From Convolutriloba macropyga (Eukaryota): a stretch of 64,000 nucleotides of DNA. Position 1 is the first letter of the stretch, and every line of letters begins with the position of its first letter. The notes under the pieces are model-generated. The model saw only the letters and a list, made by a program, of their open reading frames with translations. It was not told the origin of the DNA and made no database searches. Below, piece after piece: positions 40,226 through 51,249 of this stretch. The stretch covers positions 29,450,001 to 29,514,000 of the forward strand of contig NC_134474.1 in assembly GCF_964194025.1 (NCBI RefSeq), in the 5' to 3' direction. A program made the translations under genes and the position numbers.

Positions 40226-42089
40226 TACATGCAGCCCTTAAAAAGTATTAATAAACCACTCAAATTTCCCTGGAATTAAAAGAGTCAGATAATGCTAACA
40301 CCAGGTGAGGGTCATACAATAACACCTGACATTATCATAGAAGACATGCGATGCCCAGTAATCACTAAAGGTCATGGTCACATATGAATTGTAATACTTC
40401 CCGGTGTCGTACGAAAACCATACATGATTTCTTGAATTTTTTTCCGTTTGTGCCCTCCCAGCTTAGTTGGTGCATATTACTTGCACCCCCCCCCAACAGC
40501 ACGTACTATATCTTTCAATAATGATTTCCTATATTATGGCACGTGTTCTGTAACTGGGCGGTGAAAAGCGTGCTGGGCACAAATGTACAGATCCGACTTC
40601 TTAATAGGACAAATCATATAATTTGTATGATGCTTGTATGACTCTAAAGATCTGTCAACTCGGGAAGTAATTGTTAGAGAACGAATTTCGCATGTATGAA
40701 TTGATGGCTGTCCATAGTATATGAAATGAGGCGAACACGAGTTATAACCAGGCTCTTCACTAATGCATGAGGCATTAAAAGTTAACGGTCACTATTCCAA
40801 ATCGAAAAAAAGTGGCTTAAAAACAGTGTCGGTGATATTACAATAAATCAGAGCAAAAAATTTAGAAGCAAGATCACAGAGTATTAAGTTTATTAAAGAG
40901 ATAAAGACAAAGTATCAGGTCGGAATAGAAGTTGAAAAATGGGCTCTTTAGCGTTCAGCAGAATTAGTTTTGTTTCACCGAAGCCATTAGGAGCCAAAAT
41001 CTTGCCCAGATCAAAATTGTCATAGCAGACATTCGAATGGTTCGCGCAGACCAGTTTTTGAAATAAGAAGTGCTCTAACAGTTGTCATACTACGTATTAC
41101 AAACGATAAACAAATCAATAATAGTGACATTGCTTTCGGCAAAAAGAGATAAAGTCACAAAATTAAAAAAGAGAAAACAAATTAGCAACAATTTTTGAGC
41201 TACATGTTAAAGAGCGAACTCTAAACGCTCGTAACGCGAAGGGTGAAACGGGATCATAAAAATGAAGTTATAATATCTCATATCTTATTTACACAGCTGC
41301 TCCTATTTGAAGCCTCTCATCAGTTTTCTACTGCTTCATTGAAACGTAGATTTTGCTGAAAAAGGTGTTGCTAAATTTGTTAGCAAAGAGCGAAAAATGA
41401 CAAAAACTATCCTGCACCCTACACCCCATCTTCTGCTTCCCGCAAATTCCCGAAAGACAAGAAATCTGGCACCGAAAAAACTAAAATTCTCTGTTTTAAA
41501 AAAGTTTGTTTTGACAACCAGTTTCTTAAATTACAAGCTAAAAAATAAAAACAGAGAGCAGTAAGATTAATTCTGTATTAAATTAAGTTTTTGGCAATGA
41601 TGCCAATTTTGAGTAAAACTGTGAAGATATACTATTTTTTGTCTGATTATTATTCCTGAGAAAAGAAACAATTTAACTTTTGCGATTAAAATTTCTCAAG
41701 ATCGGACAAAGCAAAATGTAATCCCTTGGTGCTTTATTTTGCCAAACTGGGTCAAATTTTCCTTACATCTAATACTGGATGCATTGATTTAACTAGGAGT
41801 TAGTAGTAAACCACAACCTACACAGAGTCCTTCGCAGTAGAACTATTTTGTCTAAAGACACTCCCAGGCTTATCAAAGCAACCATTTGTATACCATATTG
41901 CGTTTAGTACTTGAAAGCTGCCTAAAAATCACTTAAAACAGACTCATGGCATTTATTTCTATGATTAGTATCCTTCACGTATTTAAAACCCCAATCAGCT
42001 AAGAAATTTCACTATTTTAACAAAATGGCGTTCCAAAGACATATTGGGTTAGAGCTCAACTTCCGCAATTTCAACAAACCGTTAGAATT

Positions 42090-42994
42090 CAATGCAACCT
42101 TCAATGTGCTATAAATGAAGGTTGCATTGGATACAACAGACCAGTGTTCGAATTAAGGAATCAACAGACCAGTGTTCGAAGGTGACAACAGACCAGTGTT
42201 CGAATTAAGGAATCAATCTAGTTTAGAGCAATTTCTCAAAGATCTTTGCAGCAGCAACGATTTGGAAAATTCGCTTGTAATTACCAATTTCATTTAATGG
42301 GTTTTACCAATAAGAAGAGAAAACCTGAGCTTTGTACGACAATCTAGGATGCTATTATCAGAAAATAACGTCGAAACAAGCTACAAAGAACAGTTGCAAC
42401 AATTCAACTACATGTTTCAACTGGGAACTTAAGACAGGAGAAAGAATCTCAAGCACCATTTGGCAGGTATTCAGTATTCAGGTATACTTGCACTTAGTTC
42501 TGCTCCAAGGTTAAAAAATCAGTTCGTGTAGAAATTAAATGGCGGTTCGCGGGGCTTAGCCTCTAAATTCCAACAAGTTTTGAAAAAAATTCCTAAGTAT
42601 TGTTTTTCTTTAATTTAGCCCACTAGGCCACCTTAATTCTCTTAAAGACCTTCTGCCCTAACTAACGTATAAAGAAAAACGGGCACAATCTTATACTTAG
42701 AAAAAGTTAACTTACACCAGCTAACTTCTAGTACTTATGCCTACTGAGAAAATTATATCAAAAACAAGCCGAAATCTAACTACGAACTCTCTGTCTTACC
42801 AACAGAAAGGAGAGCCTCCAATTACAAAACTAAATTGAACAGAAACTCTGAAAATCTACAAAAATCAAGCGGTATATATACTCCGCAGAAGTAAATAATA
42901 CAGATATAATCAAGTCCCATTCCTTTTGATAAACTAATCTTATGCAAAAAAATTCCCAAAAAATCACATGGTTGAGTAAAGTTTATCCCCAATT
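42090..42994 (+). repeat. Local duplication of 43460-44364 (flank plus part of the LTR), period 1370 bp
   Basis: Near-identical collinear sequence, including the GTTCG|TGTAGAAAT insertion junction (42527 vs 43897). Confidence 0.9.
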
Positions 42995-43896
42995 TAATAG
43001 CATTTAATTAACCGACATGATAGGGTAGAATTTGACTGCAAATCTAAACTTCCACCAAAAATCAAATTGCAATTTGATGGCTCAGCAGTTAAATTTTTGT
43101 ATTCCATTCATCAATTCTATCTGAGTCAATTTGGAACTAACTGAGAGCCGATATTTTTCCAGGAAGGAAACGTCATCGGCAAAAAATTATTTAGGGAACC
43201 TGCCTCAACTGATGGCAAATAATTGATATATCCTATAAACAGTAGCGCACCAACACCACATGAAGGTGTTAACATAGTACTTTCGCAATTAGCAATTCAT
43301 ACATACTTTTGTTTGTTGATTTTGTAGAAAAAAATCGTACGCATTTGACATCGACCTCTCACGCCATATCGTTTCAGATCAGTTAAATACAACAAATCAA
43401 GCAGAAACAGGAGTTGACTCTCGTTTTCAGTCTAGAAAACCGCTTGTTTCCGTGGTATCCAATGCAACCTTCAATGTGCTATAAATGAAAGTTGCATTGA
43501 ATACAACAGACCAGTGTTCGAATTAAGGAATCAACAGAGCAGTGTTCGAAGGTGACAACAGACCAGTGTTCGAAATAAGGAATCAATCTAGTTTAGAGCA
43601 ATTTCTCAAAGATATTTGCAGCAGCAGCGATTTGGAAAATTTGCTTGTAATTACCAATTTCATTTAATGGGTTTTGTCAATAAGAAGAGAAAACCTGAGC
43701 TTTGTACGACAATCTAGGATGCTATTATCAGAAAAAAACGTCGAAACAAGCTACAAAGAACAGTTGCAACAATTCAACTACATATTTCAACTGCGAACTT
43801 AAGACAGGAGAAAATCTCAAACACCATTTGGCAGGTATTCAGTCGTATCAAGTATATTTGCACTTAGCTCTGCTCCAAGGTTAAAAAATCAGTTCG

Positions 43897-46800
43897 TGTA
43901 GAAATTAAATGGTGGTTCGGGGGGCTTAGCCTCTAAATTCCAACAAGTTTTGAAAAAAATTCCTAAGTATTGTTTTTCTTTAATTAGCCCTCTAGGCCAC
44001 CTTAATTCTCTTAAAGACCTTCTGCCCTAACTAACGTAAAAAGAAAAACGGGCACAATCTTATACTTAGAAAAAGTTAACTTACACCAGCTAACTTCTAG
44101 TACTTATGCCTACTGAGAAAATTATATCAAAAACAAGCCGAAATCTAACTACGAACTCTCTGTCTTACCAACAGAAAGGAGAGCCTTCAGTTACAAAAAT
44201 AAATTGAACAGAAGCTCCGAAAATCTACAAAAATCAAGCGGTATATATACTCCGCAGAAGTAAATAATACAGATATAATCAAGACTGATTCCTTTTGATT
44301 AACTAATCTTATGCAAAAAATTCCCAAAAAAATCACATGGTTGAGTAAAGTTTATCCCCAATTTGGTAAGTAACCTCTAATTTGAGCTGAGAAATCTTAA
44401 GATTCATTCAAGGTTCTGAATCCGTTCAGTTTAGACAAGGTCAGAACAATCATTACTAATCAAAATCAATATTTGTTCAATAAACCGCTTATATAGTTCT
44501 AACTTACTTAGCCAATGATCTTTCATTATAATTTAATTCAAAACTTGAGAAATAACCCACGGTTAGTACTTTGTTATCATTATTTAAGTTTTCTTTTCAG
44601 TCGTCAATCTCTGCAGAATTCTTTTATTTCGCACAACCTCGGCTGTATTGTCCTTCCTGACCACATCGGTTGCAGATCATCCCAGCTCTTCACTGGGACT
44701 GCTGGTCACCGATTATCACTTCCTGTCTCCTGATCAGATGCTCTATTGCCCACCGCGTCTTTTGCTGCCCAGAAAGCAAATCAAGAAGATGGAACTGAAA
44801 TTCTGGGTACAAGTGTACTTCCTCCATCTCGGTTTGCGTTGCCATTTCTCTGGTCGCCCGCACAACCACTGTTGCTGTACTCCAACGATCATCATTGTCG
44901 TCGTTGGTTGCGGGGATGATCAACCTCAATTCTAATGCCTTGCCCACAGTAACAGCAAGACCCCATATGCCTCGCCTCAACTCTTTGGTGATCTCCCCAT
45001 CGAGCAGTCCTGTTAAAATCCAGTCAGCCAACCTCTCCAGCTCTGCCTCTGGGGCCAAGGGGTTGTCACGTACACAAGTCTGATACGCTCTGTCGGCCCA
45101 CTTCATGAGCGTTTCTCCCTGATGCTGCCTGATGTTGTGCATAGAGATTGACAAGAGTTTGAGGATGTTTGTCTATAACACTTAAGGGGTTTAACAGCTT
45201 GTCCAACAGAAGACTTTGTCCAAAAGTACGGAGCACAGAAAGTCTTGAATCTTCTTAAATTTAAAACAACTATTGATAGCTATCTCCCCACAAAAGTGTC
45301 TCTGTATCAAATTTTCTGCTGTCTTTTTTTTAAAGACAAATGTGTAATATTTGTGAAATTTTATTTGAAACAATGTCATCCCAAAAAACGACGATTGTAT
45401 AACAAGCAGATGATTTTAGAAAAAATTAAGTCGATATAAACTATTCCACAGAAAACGTTAATTAAAAAAGCGGTCAAAGATTCGCCCTTTGAATAACCGT
45501 GCCCGAACATCTATCGTTTTTCGGGGCAGTTAACCAAATATATCAATCGACGACTGATATAAACAGGGAATCTAGGCTTCTGCTATGATAAAACATTCTA
45601 TCATTCAACTGTTTAATAAGTAGAAAGAGAAGGATTAACGACTTAACGCTTAGTTAAAAGAAATCTTAAACAGTAAAAGATCCCATCTCTGTCGCCAATA
45701 TAGAATTTAAAATTCAGCTAAGGTGGTTAGGAGGCCTTAGCCTCAAAATTCAAACAAGTTTTGAAAATAATTCTTAGTACTGTTTTTCTATAACTATAAA
45801 GTTTCTATATAAAGTTTTCTATAAAGTTAACTTACACCAGCTAACTTCTAGTACTTATGCCTACTGAGAAAAATATATCAAGAACAAGCCGAAAACTAAC
45901 TACGAACTTTTGCGAAAAAGTCCCAAAAAATCTCAACGCAATATGGTAAGTAACCTCTAATTTGAGCTGAGAAATCTTAGTTTTATTGAAGGTTCTAAAT
46001 CCGTTCAGTTTAGACAAAGCCAGAACTATCATTATTAATGAAAATCAATATTTGTTCAAAAAACCTCTTATACAGTTCTAACTTACTTAGCCATTATTCT
46101 TTCATTATAATTTAATTCGAAACTTCTGAGACATAACCCAAGGTTAGTACTTTGTTATTATTTAAGCTTTCAATTTTCTTAAGATATCTTAAGATAGAAA
46201 TTCCATTTCTACACCACCCACTCGGACTTGACTATTCTCCTGAATAGTTATTAGTAAAAACTAAAAGAATTACATTAACAAAGTGAAAGCACATTATAAT
46301 TACAAGTAGAAGTGTTATGAAGTTCTAGCGAGACCTTTGTCTCATTATCATGGCATATTGCATACAAAAGTTCAGTAAGTTTCCTCGAGTTTCTCACTCG
46401 TCGATCTGTGCAAAATTCTTTTATTTCGCACAATCTCGACTGTAGTGTCCTTCTGACCACATCGGTTGCAGATCACCCGAGATCTTGACTGGGACTGCTG
46501 GGTACCGATTATAACTTCCTGTCCCCTGATCAGATGCTCTATTGCCCAACGCATCTTTTGCTGCCCAGAAATCAGCAAATCCGGAAGATGGTAGTTAAAA
46601 TTCTTGGTTCAAGGGTACTTCAACTAGGGTGGTATATCCTTAGCCGGTATATCCCTCTGTGGTCACCAATGTAAATTTAAAATTCAGCTAAGGTGGTTCG
46701 GGGGCCTCGGCCTCTAAATTCCAACAAATTTTGAAAATAATTCCTCAGTATTGTTTTTCTCTAAGTTAGCCCTCTAGGTGATTTTAATTCTCTTAAAGAC

Positions 46801-47412
46801 CTTCTGCCCTAACTAACTTATAAAGAAAAACGGGCAAAATCTTATACTTAGAAAAAGTTAACTTACACCAGCTAACTTCTAGTACTTATGCCTACTGAGA
46901 AAATTATATCAAAAACAAGACGAAATCTAACTGTGAACTCTCTGTCTTACCAACAGAAAGGAGACTTCAATTACAAAATTAAATTGAAAGGAAGCTCTGA
47001 AAAACTAGAAAAATCAAGCGGTATATATACTCCGCAAAAGTAAATAATAGAGATATGATCAAGTCCGATTTCTATTTATAAACTAATCTTACGCGAAAAA
47101 GTCCAAAAAATCACATGGTTGAATTAAGTTTATCCCCAATTTGTTAAGTAACCTCTAATTTGAGGTGATAAATCTTAAGTTTCATTAAAGGTTCTAAATC
47201 CGTTCAGTTCAGACAAAGTCAGAACTATCATTACTAATCAAAATCAGTATTTGTTTAATAAACCGCTTATACAGTTCTAACTTACTTAGCCATTTTTCTT
47301 TCATTTTTATTTAATTTGAAACTTCTGAGAAATAAGGTTAGTACTTTGATATAATTTCTTAAGTTTTCTTAAATTTCTTAAGATATCTGAAGATACAAAT
47401 TCGATTTCTACA
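43897..47412 (-). mobile_element. Non-autonomous, gag-only LTR retroelement with three LTRs in tandem (Gypsy-like)
   Basis: TGTAGAAAT...ATTTCTACA termini and 5-bp TSD GTTCG (43892-43896, 47413-47417). LTRs at 46670-47412, 45699-46213 and 43897-~44595. PBS TTGGTGACCACAGAGGGAT and TTGGCGACAG follow LTR1 and LTR2. PPT GAGTGGGTGG precedes LTR2. Confidence 0.85.
44624..45154 (-). pseudogene. gag: Retrotransposon gag remnant with zinc knuckle
   Basis: RQHQGETLMKWADR matches the gag QxxxEsvxxfxxR motif. After a TGA (TCA in the sister copy at ~46490) the same frame reads ICNRCGQEGQYSRGC. The sister copy encodes CNRCGQK/HYSRDC with a frameshift. Confidence 0.8.
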
Positions 47413-48252
47413 GTTCGTAACATCACCTGTTTTGCTATTAAAGTCTTCTGTTCTGCTGTTCATTCAAACAAGAATTCTGTCAGTATTCTCCTATTCTATA
47501 GAATTACTTGTATTTAAATTAAATCTCCAGTAGAATCTGAAGGCTTTTACTTTGAAGGCAGTTGACTGGCTTCGTTTAAAGCAAAAATCAGTAAAATTGA
47601 CATTTTCAGGACATCTGATAGGTTTGATATGCAAGACATTTTCACTGTGACCGCATTAAACACATGATTAGGTACTCACTGATTTCTTTCCTTTTGGCAA
47701 AAGGTCTCTAATGATGCAAACTTATCAAAACGATAAAAGCCTGGTTATTAAAAAAAACTCATCTGACGATAATAGACCAAAACTAATGACCTTCAGTTTA
47801 TGCTGTATTAGATTAAGAAACTTCAATTTCGTTTCCAGTTAATTGAAAACTTTGAAATTTCTCTAGTAAAAATTGTTCTCAGGTCTCCAGCAAATGCACA
47901 GAACATTTATCAGTTTGGCACATATAATGATCAGCGGGTCAAAAACGACTGAATTATTTGCTGTTGTTTTACACCAGTTGTATTAGTACAGGTAGATGTC
48001 AGATTAGCTATCGTTGCAGACAACGGATACATCAGGGATCAGCCAAGGCGACTGTATCTTCAAACTCAAACTTGAGGTAACAAGTAAATCGCATTTGAAA
48101 TTGCCCGCCAATGCATCGAACGTAAATTGAATATTGTCAGAAGATTTTCTGTAGACGACAGTATTAAAAACGGTACCTCGTTGGAACTCCTTAAATTGAC
48201 ACTAATGAGTGCGAATAAAGAAGTTCTAATGAGGCACCGGTGTTAATGAATA

Positions 48253-48359
48253 CCCAGGCTGGTTTGGTTTGCCAGAGATAGGTTCTTCAAGCTAATGCTC
48301 AACGAGTTTTCCGATTACCTTGAGTTGAACCTATCTCTGGCAAACCAAACCAGCCTGGG
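48253..48359. mobile_element. 107-bp hairpin MITE with 33-bp perfect TIR, CCC termini, TA flanks
   Basis: CCCAGGCTGGTTTGGTTTGCCAGAGATAGGTTC ... GAACCTATCTCTGGCAAACCAAACCAGCCTGGG. Confidence 0.85.
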
Positions 48360-49413
48360 TAATCATCAACAACTAGCCCAGTCTCCGTAACCTTAACTAA
48401 CTTAGGTTTCTTTCCAAGTTGCTCTACACATTTAAGATTGCTATGGAATCTCACATCAGAAGTTTACAATATTGTTAGTCTCTCAGAAGGGTGTGATGTT
48501 GAGATTAATAACAGTATAAGGTGAACCCTAGAAATGATCATTCTAAAGAACCGATCAAAATTGTCTACGTTTCAATTGATTCTTCAACAGAAAGTATCTG
48601 GATTTTCAAGCTGCACATATAACAGCTGCAAATTATTATTATCACGAAAAGATTTTTTTATTTAAAGGAATCACAGATAAAACAATCACGTTTTCTTGAA
48701 AGCTCATTAGCGTTTAGGAACCAACCTTAGTAGGCACTCACTCTACTACACAGCGAACAATGCAGTAATGCTATTCTTTATAAGTTGCGCCTTTGTTTTC
48801 CCTTTACTCTGTACTATCAACAAATTTGGAGCCAGAAAATATTTCTCAATAATTTTTTAGGCGTTAAAAGCAATGCTGTTCGTTTCAAAGACTGACCGAT
48901 TTTTTTAATCTAAGATTCGTTTAATTTTATCAAAAAGAAAATTCATGATACAGCGGATAACTTCTATTAAACTTTTTCTAGTCTGTAAACTTTCTATGAC
49001 AAAAATTTTACAAATAATAGGAGAAATAAAGTGTTCCTTTTTATTAAAACTTCCAAAATGCAGCAGTGTTTGCAGTCAAAGCATCCGCTTGATTAAATTC
49101 AACGGTCGATGAGCATTTTGGAACGATCGCAAAATTTTGCTCCTGGAAGGTCAAAATTGGTAATTAAAAAGTCGAAGTAGCATTTGGCTCCTTCACCCAT
49201 TACATGAGATCGGAACGTTAAAAATGCCTTGAAAATATTAGCCTACGCTTCGCAGCTCTAAATTCGGCAGAAGAACTAAATTCGGAGAACAAATACATTT
49301 GCACGCCATTCTCGCCATTAAATGCTCATAAATAAACTTTCGATTAAACATTTAACATTCTAGAACTCAAACGCTATCTTCTCCCGTACAAAAATCATTC
49401 TAAATACTGAAAT

Positions 49414-51087
49414 TCAGGAATCATTTATCACAAAATTGGGAAATTTGTGCCCATTATGATATGCTAAACTATACAAACTTTTCAAAAGGTCAACATTTTC
49501 AACAGCAAATTTTGAAACAGAATTCGAAGTGGACAAAATGTGATCCAGTATCCGTGTACATTCCATCTGCATGCTCAAATTAATCTGACTGCTTAGTCTA
49601 TCAAACACTTTGCCAATCTTCTCAACGTACGTCTGATCCAACCGTTGTACAAGTTGCGATGCCAAATCTGAATAAGTTTCATCACGCTGAATATACTGCA
49701 AAAAAGCAATTTCGCGAGAAGCGTCATCTATGTTCATGAACTGTGAAGAATCGGTTTCAGGGTAAGTTGCAAAACTATTCAGTTTCTGTTCTAAATATAT
49801 AAGCCTGGATGACAGTATAGACCGGGTTTCAGAAGTACCTCTGGTGCCACTGTTGATCAATTCAAGGATTTCTAATTCTATTTTCTGAACATCTGCTTCA
49901 ATTGGTAATATTTCACTTAGATCGACATTGGTTTCACTTAGAGAGTTGAAGTATTCTGTCAACTCTCTGCATGATTTGTCGACTTCTTTAGATGATAAAG
50001 AACTAACATTTTTGGAACATCGCAAATACTTGGCGTTCAGTTTGAGCAGTTCGCCAGGAATCGATTCTGCACGTAACAGTTGTCTCTGTTTATCCCGTCT
50101 TGAACATGTTGGAGGCCAGTCGAATGCTGGTCTATTCTGTATCTGCCTGATTGATTGATGTTCAGTTCTCGCTTTTGATTCGTTTTGATGTATAGAACCA
50201 ATGCTGGCGACGTCAGCCTCGTCACCTTTCCAGTTGGCTACTGTTTTACTATTATGTTCGACTTCCTTCGTATCATGTTTACTATTTAGTACAGTTTCGA
50301 CATCCTCACTTCCAGTAGAGCTTGAAACCTGCTCAATACTTTGATAAATTGCAACATTTGAAGCATCTTCTTGCATTCCAGTGTTAGAAACGTACGCCAT
50401 TCGTTTCCGATACGGGTCAGAATCAAAACTGTGTGCTTTTGATGCATCAGTATTTACTTTTTGTCCACATGGTATCTTATCAACGTTTTTGGTCAGACTG
50501 CTTGTTGAACGTCGCGAAGACATCTGATAAGTTGACCTACCACTTGATGGCTTGAAACTCGCCCTATAAGTAGTTTGATAGCCTCGGCTTTTTGGCAGTG
50601 GTGGAGGTTTGTATGCTCTTCCTCTCTCCCGTGCTGAAAGGGGAGCACTGCATCTTTGATTGCCTCCCGTAACACGAAGTCGCCCTCGTGACTTGCCACG
50701 TTCAACCTCTAACCTCTTTCTCTCTTCTTCTGCAATCGTAGTTTCATTGACAAGTAGGGTCAAATCCTCGCTTTCTGAATCGTTCAAGTAATCAAGATCG
50801 TTATCGAAGTCCAGCCTGCAATGCTTGATTCTGAGCTCAGAAGACTTTTTAATGACGTCATCTAAGTAGGACTCAAGGTCAGCAGTAGACGCGGACTGTG
50901 AATCGTTATCATCTTTTACATCTTTTGTGCTGCCACTCAGATCTATTGACAGAGCCGTCGCAGTCTCCTCTTCCTTTCGAGTTAACTCTTGTTCTAATTT
51001 GACCCACAAAAGACGATATCTGCGCTCCAAATTTTCCACTTCATCGTTTAAATCATTCAGCGCTCTGCTCAGATCATCGTCATTCAT
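49414..51087 (-). CDS. TEDC2: 557-aa intronless protein, probable divergent tubulin epsilon and delta complex subunit 2 (TEDC2/C16orf59-like)
   Basis: Long clean ORF, so coding is near-certain. The identity is by-eye only: N-terminal LSRALNDLNDEVENLE..YRLL, second helix DLESYLDDVIKKSSELR, disordered middle, and C-terminal LLKSLYSLAYHNGHKFPNFVIND match the TEDC2 motif order. AATAAA on minus at 49040-49045. Confidence 0.6.
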   Translation of the reverse strand: MNDDDLSRALNDLNDEVENLERRYRLLWVKLEQELTRKEEETATALSIDLSGSTKDVKDDNDSQSASTADLESYLDDVIKKSSELRIKHCRLDFDNDLDYLNDSESEDLTLLVNETTIAEEERKRLEVERGKSRGRLRVTGGNQRCSAPLSARERGRAYKPPPLPKSRGYQTTYRASFKPSSGRSTYQMSSRRSTSSLTKNVDKIPCGQKVNTDASKAHSFDSDPYRKRMAYVSNTGMQEDASNVAIYQSIEQVSSSTGSEDVETVLNSKHDTKEVEHNSKTVANWKGDEADVASIGSIHQNESKARTEHQSIRQIQNRPAFDWPPTCSRRDKQRQLLRAESIPGELLKLNAKYLRCSKNVSSLSSKEVDKSCRELTEYFNSLSETNVDLSEILPIEADVQKIELEILELINSGTRGTSETRSILSSRLIYLEQKLNSFATYPETDSSQFMNIDDASREIAFLQYIQRDETYSDLASQLVQRLDQTYVEKIGKVFDRLSSQINLSMQMECTRILDHILSTSNSVSKFAVENVDLLKSLYSLAYHNGHKFPNFVINDS

Positions 51088-51249
51088 GTAACCTTAAATA
51101 TTGATGAGTAACTGTAGAAAAAAAAACTGATTGAAAGAATTTAGGATAATTGTTCTTTAGATGTGACAGCTTTACTTATTGAGTGATAACAAAATATTGC
51201 ACGAATTTGAAAAATATGATGGAAACGGAAACTAAACAAGTTCAAGTTG
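51088..51249 (-). promoter_or_regulatory. Intercistronic-like spacer: poly(A)-signal variant plus strong 3' splice acceptor
   Basis: Minus strand: AATAAGTAAA (51180-51171), then T9-CTACAG acceptor (AG 51113-51112) 24 nt before the ATG, and a second TTTAAG 5 nt before the ATG. Confidence 0.55.

Noticed and set aside
42134-42215. CRISPR-like repeat-spacer pattern (19-bp repeat x3)
   Set aside because: Spacers are 5-9 nt and one is itself repeated; there are no cas genes and the context is eukaryotic.
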